This document shows positions 28,931 through 38,146 of a DNA stretch of 64,000 nucleotides, piece by piece (positions within the stretch are counted from its first letter, which is position 1; each line of letters opens with the position of its first letter). This stretch comes from Comamonadaceae bacterium UBA4962 (GTDB lineage: Bacteria; Pseudomonadota; Gammaproteobacteria; Burkholderiales; Burkholderiaceae_C). The stretch covers positions 22,869 through 86,868 of the forward strand of contig DHAE01000015.1 of the NCBI GenBank assembly GCA_002397315.1, written 5' to 3'. The position numbers were made by a program, and so were the translations under genes. Below the pieces are notes generated by a model, which saw nothing but the letters and a program-made list of their open reading frames with translations, was not told where the DNA came from and ran no database searches.

Positions 28931-29725
28931 TCAGCAGGTGAACGGGTAGGCGCTGCCGGTGTTGTTGTAGGAGGTCAGGGAGATCGGCCAGAAATCCTGT
29001 GCCTCGGGCGCGTTCGGGTAGTTCAGCACGATGCGGTTCTTGATCGGCTGGCCGCTGGCGTCGTGCTGGTTCCACGCGCCCTTGGCCGCGTCCCAGGTCA
29101 GTGCGGGATGGGCCTTGAAGCGCAGGGAGAAGTTGAACGGGTTGTTGTAGCCCAGCCACTGGCTCAGCACCGGGGCTGCATCGGCGCAGTCCGGGTTCAG
29201 CAGTTCGTCGCGGAATTCCTTCGACTGCCACGCGAGGGCGATGGCGCGCAGCACCACGCCACCGAAGGCCAGCAGCGAGCCCGGATCGCCGCCGGGAATG
29301 CCCAGGCCCGTGGGCAGCGCGCCACCCACCATGCCGGGCTGCACGGGCTCCGCGCACACGTCGACGGTCGCACCCATGAGCGTGGGGAACAGCTGGTAGT
29401 AGCTGGCCAGCGCCTCGGCGGCGCGGTCGGCGGGGGCTTCGGGGAACACGATCTCGAAGGCGTCGTCGAGGCCGATCCAGCCACCCGTGAGTTCGGGCTT
29501 CCAGAGCGTGCGGTCCTTCGGGTCGCTGCTGCGCTCCAGCGCCACGTCGAGCCAGGGCCACAGGGTCTTCAGGCCGAAATCCTCGGCCAGCAGCTTCTGG
29601 ATGTCCGTCTGCGCGAGCAGGCGGTCCCGGTATTCGGGCTCGTACCAGGATTTGGCGATGGCGCGCAGATAGGCCAGGCGGAATTCCAGCAAGGGGTCGC
29701 CGGGTTGCTGGTGATTGGAACTCAT
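28931..29725 (-). CDS. 264-aa nitrile-hydratase-leader-like (NHLP) tandem-repeat protein; presumed YcaO substrate ('BMA_0021/BMA_0022-type TOMM bacteriocin' as I recall the curated name)
   Basis: The ATG at 29725 is preceded by the strong SD GAGGGAGGA with a 6-nt spacer. It contains two NHLP-like repeats (LRAIAKSWYEPEYRDRLL... and LRAIALAWQSKEFRDELL...). The tail is S/T-rich and ends in ...SLTSYNNTGSAYPFTC-stop. Confidence 0.75.
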   Translation of the reverse strand: MSSNHQQPGDPLLEFRLAYLRAIAKSWYEPEYRDRLLAQTDIQKLLAEDFGLKTLWPWLDVALERSSDPKDRTLWKPELTGGWIGLDDAFEIVFPEAPADRAAEALASYYQLFPTLMGATVDVCAEPVQPGMVGGALPTGLGIPGGDPGSLLAFGGVVLRAIALAWQSKEFRDELLNPDCADAAPVLSQWLGYNNPFNFSLRFKAHPALTWDAAKGAWNQHDASGQPIKNRIVLNYPNAPEAQDFWPISLTSYNNTGSAYPFTC

Positions 29726-29754
29726 TGGTTGTCCTCCCTCTTTCAATCAATCGG

Positions 29755-32700
29755 TCAACACACGAATGCCCCGAGTTCGGGGCGCATACCCAGCAGGGAC
29801 TGCAGCCGCGACGCGTCGTCGGCGGTGCAGGATGCAGGATCCACATGGCGCAGGCGTGACAGTGCCTGCGCTTCCACACGGTGCTTGCCGCCCGCGCGAG
29901 CGACCTCCGCGGCCCGGCGGAAACAGGCCGGCGCGTCGCCCGCGGCGCGCGCGTCCTGCAGCAGGTATTCGGCCTTCTGCAACCACAGTTCGGCAGTGTA
30001 TATGCCCTCCGCGAGTTCGTGCGTGAGCTGCAGGCAGTGCGACACGCGGTCCACCGCATCGGACCAGCGGCCCTGGCGCGCCAGGATCTCGGCGCAGAAG
30101 GCGCGGTAGTAGGTCTGGCAGTATTTGCAGCCGATGCTCCACAGGGCCTCGATGGTGGCGTCGGCGCCCGCCAGTTCTCCGACCACCCAGCCGCGGATCA
30201 CTTCCGCATAGCCCCGGAAGGCCGGCAGGCCATAGCGCCCGGACAGCTCGATCAACTCCTCGACGACCTGGCCGGCGCGCGGAGCATCGTGCCGCCCCAG
30301 GTAGCCGAGCGCCTGGTAGAGCAGCGTGATGCCGATGGAGGGGATGTGCGCCAGCGCGCGCGCACGCGCCACGGCGCGTTCGGCGTCCTCGCGCGCCAGC
30401 ACGTCGTGGCCGGCGCCCCAGCGCACCAGGGCCCGTGCCGCCAGCGCCCAGGCCACGGTGTCGAATCCGAACTGCGCGGCATGGTGCTTGGAGAAGTCGC
30501 CGTGCCGCTCGTCGACGGCGTCCGACAGGTACTGCTCCGCGGCGTCGAACCGGCCTTCGGAATAGTGGGCCAGGCCGATCCAGGTGCAGGCGGCCACCAG
30601 GATGCCGGCGTCGCCGCGCTGGCGCGCCAGTTCCTCCAACTGCAGCGCCAGGCGCATCACCTCCGCGCGGTGGCTCGCCACGTGGTGGTAGGTGAGCATG
30701 AGCCAGATGTGCTGCACGCGCAGGTCCACGGAGATGTCGCGCTCCACCAGGCCTTGCGACAGTTCGATGCGCTGCTCCACCTGCGGATGCGCCCAGCCGT
30801 GCTTGTTCATCAGCGCCTGCATGACGTAGCCGTTGAGCGCCAGCCGCGGCTCCCAGCGGGCGGGCTCGTCCAGCCGGTCGATCCAGTCCTCGACCGTCCG
30901 TGCATAGGTGATGGTTTCGTCGTTCAGCGAACGGTGCTGCGTCATGCGCAGTTGCGCGAGCCCGGCGGGCACGGCGTTCGCGTAGTCGCGGGCCAGCGCA
31001 TAGTGGTGCGCCAGCAGGCCGGGCTCTTCGTCGCGCACGCGGGCGCGGCGCCGCAGGATGACCCCGGCGGCCACGCCGTGCATGTGGGCGCGCTGCGTCG
31101 ACAGCATGCTGTCGTAGGCCGCGTCGCGGATCAGCGCATGGCGGAACAGGTACTGGCCCGCGGCATCGGCGGGCATGAGCAGGCCCACGTCCACGAGCGC
31201 GTTCAGGCCGGCGGGCACGTCCTGCAGGCCGCAGTCCGGCAGCCAGTCGCCATCGAAACGCCGGCCCCAGATGGACGCCCAGCGCAGCACCTCGCGCGCC
31301 GGGCCGAGCTGCATGAAGCGGCTCTCCAGCGAATCACGCAGCGTGATGGGAATGCCCTTCAGATCGGCCTGCTCCTGGAAATCCCACTGGCCGTCGCGCT
31401 CTTCCAGGCAGGTCTCCAGCAATGTGCGGGCCAGCTCCTGGATGAACAGGGCGACGCCGTCCGTGCGCGCGACGACGTGGTCGACAACGGCCTGCGACAC
31501 CTGCCGCGGCGCCAGCACCTGGCGCACCATGGCGGCCGCTTCGGTCGCCCCGAGCCGGCCGAGCTCCAGCGACACGAGCGCGCCCTGCATGCGCAGCGGC
31601 GGCTCCCATTCGGGCCGGGCGGTGAGCAGCAGCATGCAGCGCTCATCGGCCAGCGCCGCCGCCAGCTCGCCGAGCCATTCCAGCGTGGCCGAATCGGCCC
31701 AATGCAGGTCTTCCACGAACAGCAGCACGGGGGACTGGCGGGACTGGTGGCGCAGCCAGCCGAGGGAGGACTCCATCAGCAGCGCCTTCTGCAGCGCCGG
31801 AGCGATGTCCACCACCTGGTGCATGCCCACCTGCAGCGACAGCCACACGCAGAAGATCGGCAGCACGCGGTCCACGTCGCAGCCGGCCTCGCCGAGCATG
31901 CGGGCCAGGCGCTCGACCACCACGGCGTCCGACTCGTCCGGGCCGCCGCACTGCGCGCGCATCAGCGCGAGCATGGGCGCCAGGGCGCTGTTCTCCTGCT
32001 CGGGCCAGCAGGCCGCGCGCAGCACCTGCCCGCCCAGCTCCTGCACGTGCGCCTGGAAGGTCTCGCTCAGGCACGACTTGCCGACACCGGCCTCGCCGCG
32101 CACCAGCACCGGGCCCCCTTCACCGCGCAGGGCCGAGCGCCAGCGGCGACGCAGGAGCAGCAATTCACGCCACCGGCCCACGGCTTCCCGCGGCAGGGCG
32201 GGCACCCCGGCGGACGCACCGTCCTGCGCCATGGCGAAGCACGGCAGTTCCGCCTGCGCGCCGGGCAACCGCACGCCGCCTTGCGGGGTGAAGTGGGCAT
32301 GGTGGCGCAGCCGCTGGCGCGCGGCCTCGCTGACAACCACCTGTCCGTCCGACGCGGCCTGCTCCATGGCCGTCGCGATGCTCAGCGCGCGGCAGGGAAC
32401 GACTGCCCCGCTCTCGATGAGTACCGACCCCGTGTGCAGGCCGATACGCACTTCCCAGCGCACGTCCCCGACCGGCTGGGCCGCGGAGCGCACCAGTTCG
32501 TGCGCGATCTGCACGGCCAGCCGCGCATCCGCCTCGGCATGGGCGGAATAACCGAGTGTGACCAGGAAGTGCGTTCCCAAGGTGCCGCCGAGCGTGCCGC
32601 CGCGTTGCACCGCCACGTCGATCAGGCGGCGCAGCACGTTGCGTTGCGCCATTTCCTGCTGTTCGGCGAGTTCCTCGTCGCCGGCTTCCGGACCGGACGC

Positions 32701-33705
32701 GAAATAGACGCCGCAGTACAGCAGGGTGAGCTGCCGTTTCTCTTCATGGGGCGTGCCGAACGCGACCGTCGGCGCGATGCCGCTCGCACCCGTGCCCGGC
32801 CGGGTGCGCAGCACGCCGACCAGATCGTCCAGGCGAACGGCGGAAGAGCGCTCCCAGAGCTGTCGGGCGGAAGCGGCCCGGTCCTCGCGCCGCTTGCGCA
32901 GGGCGGTGCGCAGCACCTCGGCCAGCGGGTGGCCCTGGATCGCCTGCGGCAGGCTGAATTCCTGCGGCGAGAGCTGGCGCTGGTAGATCTCGGCGGTGGA
33001 TTCCCCCGTCACCACGCGCCCGGTGAGGCATTCCAAGAAGATGAGGCCCCAGGCATACAGGTCGGACTGGGGCGTGGCGACCTCGCCGCGCAGCTGCTCG
33101 GGTGCGCTGTAGGCGGGCGTGCCGACGTACTCGCCTTCGCGCGTGAGCTGGGTGGCATGCGCGTCGCCGAACCCCGGCAGCAGCGTGCTGATGCCGAAAT
33201 CCAGCACCTTGGCATGCGAGGTCAGCCCGGAGGCGCTGATCATGATGTTCTCGGGCTTGAGGTCGCGGTGCGCGATGCCGGCGTCGTGCGCGCAGGCCAC
33301 GGCATCCAGCACCTGCAGCATCAGGCGTCCCGCCTCGCCCGCGGACAGCGCGCCCTGCTGCTGCAGCAGTTGCCGCAGCGTCATCCCCGGCACGAATTCG
33401 AAGACCGCGAAGACGAAGGGGCCGCACACGCCTTCGTCCAGCAATTGCACCACGTGCGGGTGGTGCAGCCGAGCACAGGCCCCGATCTCGCGGCGGAAAC
33501 GCTTGAACAGCCGCTCGTCGTCGTCGATGCGGACGAATTTCAGCACGACCTTCTGGCCGGTCTGCTGCTGCAGCGCGGAAAAGACGATGCCGTAGGAGCC
33601 GGTGCCGATCACTTCCTGCAGCACGTAGCGCTGCACGAGGGTGGCGTCCGCAGCGAAAGCCTGCTGGATCTGGCCGGGATCGGGAGGTCGGAAGCTCATG
33701 CCCAT
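29755..33705 (-). CDS. Ser/Thr protein kinase / degenerate class III cyclase-homology domain / P-loop STAND ATPase with TPR-like C-terminus ('TOMM system kinase/cyclase fusion protein' type)
   Basis: The kinase motifs VVLKFV, HRDLKPENIM, DFGIS and GTPAYSAPEQ are intact. The cyclase-like region (about aa 323-495) lacks both metal-binding Asp residues. Walker A is GEAGVGKS, followed by a long helical repeat tail. The start is ATG 33705 or 33699. Confidence 0.9.
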   Translation of the reverse strand: MGMSFRPPDPGQIQQAFAADATLVQRYVLQEVIGTGSYGIVFSALQQQTGQKVVLKFVRIDDDERLFKRFRREIGACARLHHPHVVQLLDEGVCGPFVFAVFEFVPGMTLRQLLQQQGALSAGEAGRLMLQVLDAVACAHDAGIAHRDLKPENIMISASGLTSHAKVLDFGISTLLPGFGDAHATQLTREGEYVGTPAYSAPEQLRGEVATPQSDLYAWGLIFLECLTGRVVTGESTAEIYQRQLSPQEFSLPQAIQGHPLAEVLRTALRKRREDRAASARQLWERSSAVRLDDLVGVLRTRPGTGASGIAPTVAFGTPHEEKRQLTLLYCGVYFASGPEAGDEELAEQQEMAQRNVLRRLIDVAVQRGGTLGGTLGTHFLVTLGYSAHAEADARLAVQIAHELVRSAAQPVGDVRWEVRIGLHTGSVLIESGAVVPCRALSIATAMEQAASDGQVVVSEAARQRLRHHAHFTPQGGVRLPGAQAELPCFAMAQDGASAGVPALPREAVGRWRELLLLRRRWRSALRGEGGPVLVRGEAGVGKSCLSETFQAHVQELGGQVLRAACWPEQENSALAPMLALMRAQCGGPDESDAVVVERLARMLGEAGCDVDRVLPIFCVWLSLQVGMHQVVDIAPALQKALLMESSLGWLRHQSRQSPVLLFVEDLHWADSATLEWLGELAAALADERCMLLLTARPEWEPPLRMQGALVSLELGRLGATEAAAMVRQVLAPRQVSQAVVDHVVARTDGVALFIQELARTLLETCLEERDGQWDFQEQADLKGIPITLRDSLESRFMQLGPAREVLRWASIWGRRFDGDWLPDCGLQDVPAGLNALVDVGLLMPADAAGQYLFRHALIRDAAYDSMLSTQRAHMHGVAAGVILRRRARVRDEEPGLLAHHYALARDYANAVPAGLAQLRMTQHRSLNDETITYARTVEDWIDRLDEPARWEPRLALNGYVMQALMNKHGWAHPQVEQRIELSQGLVERDISVDLRVQHIWLMLTYHHVASHRAEVMRLALQLEELARQRGDAGILVAACTWIGLAHYSEGRFDAAEQYLSDAVDERHGDFSKHHAAQFGFDTVAWALAARALVRWGAGHDVLAREDAERAVARARALAHIPSIGITLLYQALGYLGRHDAPRAGQVVEELIELSGRYGLPAFRGYAEVIRGWVVGELAGADATIEALWSIGCKYCQTYYRAFCAEILARQGRWSDAVDRVSHCLQLTHELAEGIYTAELWLQKAEYLLQDARAAGDAPACFRRAAEVARAGGKHRVEAQALSRLRHVDPASCTADDASRLQSLLGMRPELGAFVC

Positions 33706-34580
33706 GCGTGCTCCGCAATGCGCTGCACCATGGGCGCGTGGCCATGGTCCAGGGGGCCGGAGCCGCGGCCGGTGCGCACGCGCGCGCCGGCCTGGATCGC
33801 GGCCTGCACATAGGCATGGGCGGCGGCCACGGCGTCCGGCAGCGCCAGCCCGATCGCCAGGTGCGCGGCGATCGCGGACGACAGGGTGCAGCCGGTGCCG
33901 TGGCCGTTGCGCGTATCCACGCGCGCGGCGCGCAGGTGCAGCGGCTGCGCGCCGCCCTGCCGGGCGAGCAGATCCACCAGCGCGTCGCCGGGCAGGTGCC
34001 CGCCCTTGAGCAGCACGGCATTCGCGCCCAGGGCGAGCAGGTCCTGCGCGGCGGTCTCCATCGCGGCTTCGTCCGCGATGCGGCGGCCCAGCAGCATGCC
34101 GGCCTCGTCGAGGTTGGGCGTCACCACGGCCGCCAGGGGGAAGAGCGCGTCGACGAGCACGGCCACGGTGTCGGGCGCGATGAGGCGGTCGCCGCTGGTG
34201 GCGACCATGACGGGGTCGAGCACCACGTTCGGCAGCGCATGGCGGCGGATCGCGTCGGCGACCACCTCGGCGATCCCGGGCGCGTGCAGCATGCCGATCT
34301 TCACGGCGTCCACGCCGATGTCCTCGACCACCGCGTCGATCTGGTCGCGCAGCATGGCGGGGGGGATGCCGTGAATGGAGCGCACACCCTGGGTATTCTG
34401 GGCGGTGATGGCCGTGATGGCGGTCATGCCGAAACAGCCGAGCGCCGCGAAGGTTTTCAGGTCGGCCTGGATGCCCGCCCCGCCACCGCTGTCGGACCCT
34501 GCAATCGATAGCACGCGCACATAGCGGGGGCCATCCGCGGGGCCTGCCGGCACCCGGGGATCAAGAGGCTTGGAATTCAT
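33696..34580 (-). CDS. thiD: Hydroxymethylpyrimidine / phosphomethylpyrimidine kinase
   Basis: 294 aa containing [34 protein letters not shown] and GSGPLDHGH, which are canonical ThiD motifs. Confidence 0.93.
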   Translation of the reverse strand: MNSKPLDPRVPAGPADGPRYVRVLSIAGSDSGGGAGIQADLKTFAALGCFGMTAITAITAQNTQGVRSIHGIPPAMLRDQIDAVVEDIGVDAVKIGMLHAPGIAEVVADAIRRHALPNVVLDPVMVATSGDRLIAPDTVAVLVDALFPLAAVVTPNLDEAGMLLGRRIADEAAMETAAQDLLALGANAVLLKGGHLPGDALVDLLARQGGAQPLHLRAARVDTRNGHGTGCTLSSAIAAHLAIGLALPDAVAAAHAYVQAAIQAGARVRTGRGSGPLDHGHAPMVQRIAEHAWA

Positions 34581-34651
34581 GGCAAAAATTATGGCGCATG
34601 CGCGGCATCAAAAATCTCGCTATCAACCCTGTGCTGTAATCCGGTCACGGA

Positions 34652-34736
34652 CGAAACAGGGGTGCCGCGCCTTCCGGGCATGGCTGAGAAAAACCCTCGG
34701 CACCCGATCCAGGTCATGCTGGCGTGGGGAGTTTCG
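34652..34736 (+). promoter_or_regulatory. TPP (THI-box) riboswitch aptamer controlling thiOSGE
   Basis: The P1 stem is CGAAAC/GTTTCG. The conserved elements are GGGGUGCC, GCUGAGA, ACCC, ACCCGAUCCAGGUCAUGCUGGCGUGGGGA. It lies about 85 nt upstream of the thiO ATG. Confidence 0.85.
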
Positions 34737-34822
34737 ACGGTGGACCGCCGCCTGTTCTCTTCCGCTGCCGAGCCGCTGCCCTCCCCGAGTGGCTCCGACG
34801 AGAACGCACGCCACCACGCACC

Positions 34823-35971
34823 ATGTCCGCTCTGCTTTCCCCCCATTCTTCCATCGCCGTCCTCGGCGCCGGCCTCATGGGCCGGCTGCTGGCGGCCGAA
34901 CTGGCACGCGAGGGCCACACGGTGGAGGTGTACGAGACCCAGGGGCCCGACGCACAGGGCGCCGCGGCCCGCATCGCGGCCGCCATGCTGGCGCCGCTGG
35001 CCGAATCCGCCATCACCGAGCCCGGCGTGGTGCGCATGGGCCACCATGCGCTCACCCGCTGGCCGCAGCTCCTGGCCGAACTCGACTGGCCCGTGTTCTT
35101 CCAGCAGGAAGGCACCCTCATCCTCTGGCACCGCCAGGACGCCGCCGAGGCCGCCCGGCTGCGCGGCGTGCTCGAACGCACGGCCCGCACGGTGCCGGAG
35201 CTGCCGGCCCTGCAGGCGCTCGACGCGCGCGGCGTCGAAGAGGCCGAGCCGGCGGTGGGTGGACGCTTCCACCAGGGGCTCTACCTGCCAGGCGAGGGCC
35301 AGCTCGACAATCGCCAACTGCTCGCGGCCCTGGAGCACACGATGCGCGCCCGTGGCGTGCGCGTGCACTGGCACAGCCCCCGGGCGCCGGAGGACTTCAC
35401 GCCCGGCACGCCGGGCCAGCCCGACTGGGTACTCGACTGCCGCGGCCTCGGCGCGCGTGCGCAATGGCAGCAGTTGCGCGGCGTGCGCGGCGAAGTCGTG
35501 CGGCTGCACGCGCCCGGCGTGACGCTGCGCCGGCCCACGCGCCTCGTGCACCCGCGCTACCCGATCTACATCGCGCCCAAGCAGGATCACGTCTTCGTGA
35601 TCGGCGCGACCGAGATCGAATCCGACGACCTCTCGCCCGCCAGCGTGCGCTCCACGCTGGAACTGCTCAGCGCCGCCTACGCCGTGCATCCGGGCTTCGC
35701 GGAGGCGCGCATCCTGGAGATCGCCACGCAGTGCCGCCCCACCCTGCCCGACAACCTGCCCGCCGTCCGGCGACTGGCGCCGCGCGTGCTGCAGGTGAAC
35801 GGCCTGTACCGGCACGGCTTCATGATCTCTCCGGCCATCCTCGACGTGGTGATGGAATTGCTGAACGAGGGACAATCGCGCCTCGCCCCCCGCTTCGACC
35901 TGGCGCTGGACCTGGGCACGACGCCCCGCCAGCCCGACCTCGAGCCCGAACACGCCGCCCCCCATCCATGA
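34823..35971 (+). CDS. thiO: FAD-dependent glycine oxidase (thiazole biosynthesis)
   Basis: 382 aa from ATG 34823 with the dinucleotide motif IAVLGAGLMGRLLA and a DAO fold. Its stop overlaps the thiS ATG (ATGA). Confidence 0.85.
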   Translation: MSALLSPHSSIAVLGAGLMGRLLAAELAREGHTVEVYETQGPDAQGAAARIAAAMLAPLAESAITEPGVVRMGHHALTRWPQLLAELDWPVFFQQEGTLILWHRQDAAEAARLRGVLERTARTVPELPALQALDARGVEEAEPAVGGRFHQGLYLPGEGQLDNRQLLAALEHTMRARGVRVHWHSPRAPEDFTPGTPGQPDWVLDCRGLGARAQWQQLRGVRGEVVRLHAPGVTLRRPTRLVHPRYPIYIAPKQDHVFVIGATEIESDDLSPASVRSTLELLSAAYAVHPGFAEARILEIATQCRPTLPDNLPAVRRLAPRVLQVNGLYRHGFMISPAILDVVMELLNEGQSRLAPRFDLALDLGTTPRQPDLEPEHAAPHP

Positions 35972-36165
35972 ACGTCGTCATCAACCAGAACGCCACCGAA
36001 TTGCCGGAGGGGGCCACCGTGGCCCATGCCGTCGCGGCCATCGCCGCGCGTCCGCCCTTCGCCGTCGCCGTGAACACCGTGTTCGTGCCCCAGGCCCGCC
36101 ACGCGCAGCATGCGCTGCAGCCCGGCGACCGCGTCGAGATCATCGCGCCCGTGACGGGCGGCTGA
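35968..36165 (+). CDS. thiS: Sulfur-carrier protein ThiS
   Basis: 65 aa ending ...[13 protein letters not shown]-stop (ubiquitin-like fold, C-terminal Gly-Gly). It lies between thiO and thiG. Confidence 0.85.
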   Translation: MNVVINQNATELPEGATVAHAVAAIAARPPFAVAVNTVFVPQARHAQHALQPGDRVEIIAPVTGG

Positions 36166-36247
36166 ACGCGCCCGCGCACGTCCAGCAGCCACCTTCCATT
36201 CTTGCCGCAGCCGGCCCCGTCCGGCCTTTCCGTCTTTTTTTGCTGCC

Positions 36248-37057
36248 ATGTCCACCACTGCATCCGATGACGCCCTGGTCCTCTACGGCCAGCGCTTCGA
36301 GAGCCGGCTCCTGCTGGGAACCGCCCGCTACCCCTCTCCCGCCATCCTCGAGGCGGCGGTGCAGCGCGCCCGCCCTGCGATGGTGACCGCCTCGCTGCGG
36401 CGCCAGGGCAGCGATCCCGCCGAATCCGGCAGCGGCTTCTGGGAGCTGCTGCGCCGCCTGGGCGTGCCGGTGCTGCCCAACACCGCCGGCTGCCACAGCA
36501 TCCAGGAAGCGGTGACCACCGCCCAGATGGCGCGCGAAGTGTTCGGCACGCCGTGGATCAAGCTGGAGCTGATCGGCGACGACTACACGCTGCAGCCCGA
36601 TACCCTCAACCTCGTGGAGGCCGCTTCGCAGCTGGTGCGCGACGGCTTCCACGTGCTGCCCTACTGCACGGAAGACCTGGTGCTGTGCCAGCGCCTCGTG
36701 GACGTGGGCTGCCAGGCCGTCATGCCCTGGGCCGCACCCATCGGCACCGGCCGCGGCCCCGTCAACCCCTATGCGCTGCGCATGCTGCGCGAACGGCTGG
36801 ACGTGCCGCTGCTGGTGGATGCGGGCCTGGGCCTGCCATCGCATGCCTGCCAGGTGATGGAATGGGGGTACGACGGGGTGCTGCTGAACACCGCCGTGGC
36901 GCTGGCGCAGGACCCGGTGGCCATGGCCGGCGCCTTCGCCGACGCGGTGCAGGCCGGCCGCGCCGCTCGCCATGCCGGCGCCATGGCCGCGCAGGACGCG
37001 GCCCAGCCCAGTACGCCCGTGCTCGGCACCCCTTTCTGGCACCACGACCATGGCTGA
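36248..37057 (+). CDS. thiG: Thiazole synthase
   Basis: 269 aa with [43 protein letters not shown] and LLNTAVA, which are canonical ThiG motifs. Confidence 0.95.
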   Translation: MSTTASDDALVLYGQRFESRLLLGTARYPSPAILEAAVQRARPAMVTASLRRQGSDPAESGSGFWELLRRLGVPVLPNTAGCHSIQEAVTTAQMAREVFGTPWIKLELIGDDYTLQPDTLNLVEAASQLVRDGFHVLPYCTEDLVLCQRLVDVGCQAVMPWAAPIGTGRGPVNPYALRMLRERLDVPLLVDAGLGLPSHACQVMEWGYDGVLLNTAVALAQDPVAMAGAFADAVQAGRAARHAGAMAAQDAAQPSTPVLGTPFWHHDHG

Positions 37058-38009
37058 GGCCACCATCCAAGGGATGGCCGATGCCATCACCCAGGCGCAT
37101 GCGGCGGCATTCGCCGACTTCCCGCCGCAGCCCGCGCCCTCACCCTCGCAGGACGGCCCCGTCTACCGCGCGGCGCTGCAGGCCTGCAGCGCGCTGGGCT
37201 TCATCGCCGTGGACGCGGACTGCCTCGCGCGCGCCTGGCAGGCCCGCACGGACCGCACCGGCGCGTTCGATCCCCTGCAGTGGCCGGACACCCCGGGGGA
37301 TTTCGGCCTGCAGACACGGCCGCACGCACGCCCGTTCCCGCCCTGCCCCCGGAACCTCGGCCTCTACGCCGTGCTGCCGGACGCGGAATGGGTCGGACGC
37401 ATGGCGCGTGCCGGCGTGCCGACGGTGCAACTGCGCTTCAAGTCGCCCGATGCGACGGCCATCCGGCGCGAGGTGGCGGCAGCGGTCCGGGCGGTGCGGG
37501 GCACCGGCGCGCTGCTGTTCATCAACGACCACTGGCAGGATGCCATCGATGCGGGCGCCTACGGGGTCCACCTGGGCCAGGAAGACCTGGATGCGCTGGC
37601 GCCCGGCGCGCTCGAAGCGCTGCGCGGCGCCGGACTGCGACTGGGCGTGAGCACCCACGGCTACGCCGAGATGGTGCGCGCCGACGCGGCCTCGCCGAGC
37701 TACGTGGCCATGGGGGCGGTGTTTCCCACCACGCTCAAGAAGATGGCGACGGTGCCGCAGGGCCTGGCGCGGCTCGCGGGCTATGCGCACCTGATGCGCG
37801 GCTATCCGCAGGTGGCCATCGGCGGGATCGGTGCGGAGCAGTTCGACGCCGTGCTGGGAACCGGCGTCGGCTCGATCGCGGTAGTGCGCGCCCTGGTGAA
37901 TGCGCACGATCCGGAAGCGGCGGCCCGCGACCTGATGCAGCGCATGGCATCGCGGCCCGCACCATCGGATGCGTCGGCAGTCGCGGCACCCCGCGGCAAC
38001 GACCACTGA
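37050..38009 (+). CDS. thiE: Thiamine-phosphate synthase with an N-terminal extension of about 100 aa
   Basis: The ATG at 37050 overlaps the thiG end by 8 nt. The C-terminal 210 aa show LYAVLPD...VQLRFK...LFINDHWQ...GVHLGQEDL...GVSTH...[13 protein letters not shown]...AIGGI. Confidence 0.85.
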   Translation: MAEATIQGMADAITQAHAAAFADFPPQPAPSPSQDGPVYRAALQACSALGFIAVDADCLARAWQARTDRTGAFDPLQWPDTPGDFGLQTRPHARPFPPCPRNLGLYAVLPDAEWVGRMARAGVPTVQLRFKSPDATAIRREVAAAVRAVRGTGALLFINDHWQDAIDAGAYGVHLGQEDLDALAPGALEALRGAGLRLGVSTHGYAEMVRADAASPSYVAMGAVFPTTLKKMATVPQGLARLAGYAHLMRGYPQVAIGGIGAEQFDAVLGTGVGSIAVVRALVNAHDPEAAARDLMQRMASRPAPSDASAVAAPRGNDH

Positions 38010-38146
38010 GCGGACGAAGACCCCGGCGCGGGCGCCGGCACGGCCCGGGCAAGGCCCGCAGGCACGGCCCACACCACCGGGCATCCGCCCATGGCTCGCC
38101 GGCCGGCTGACTGGCAAGTCGGCCATTCGGCGCACCGCAGCAGGCT

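Noticed and set aside
32221-32739. Cyclase domain of the kinase fusion as a source of cAMP for the nearby Crp-like regulator
   Set aside because: Both metal-binding Asp positions appear substituted (Gly and Thr), so it is treated as a degenerate domain rather than an active cyclase.
24115-33705. The YcaO cluster as a mobile genomic island
   Set aside because: I saw no integrase, transposase, flanking direct repeats or tRNA, and no obvious compositional break by eye. Its right end is fused in translation with thiD. Horizontal origin cannot be excluded without computing GC or codon statistics.
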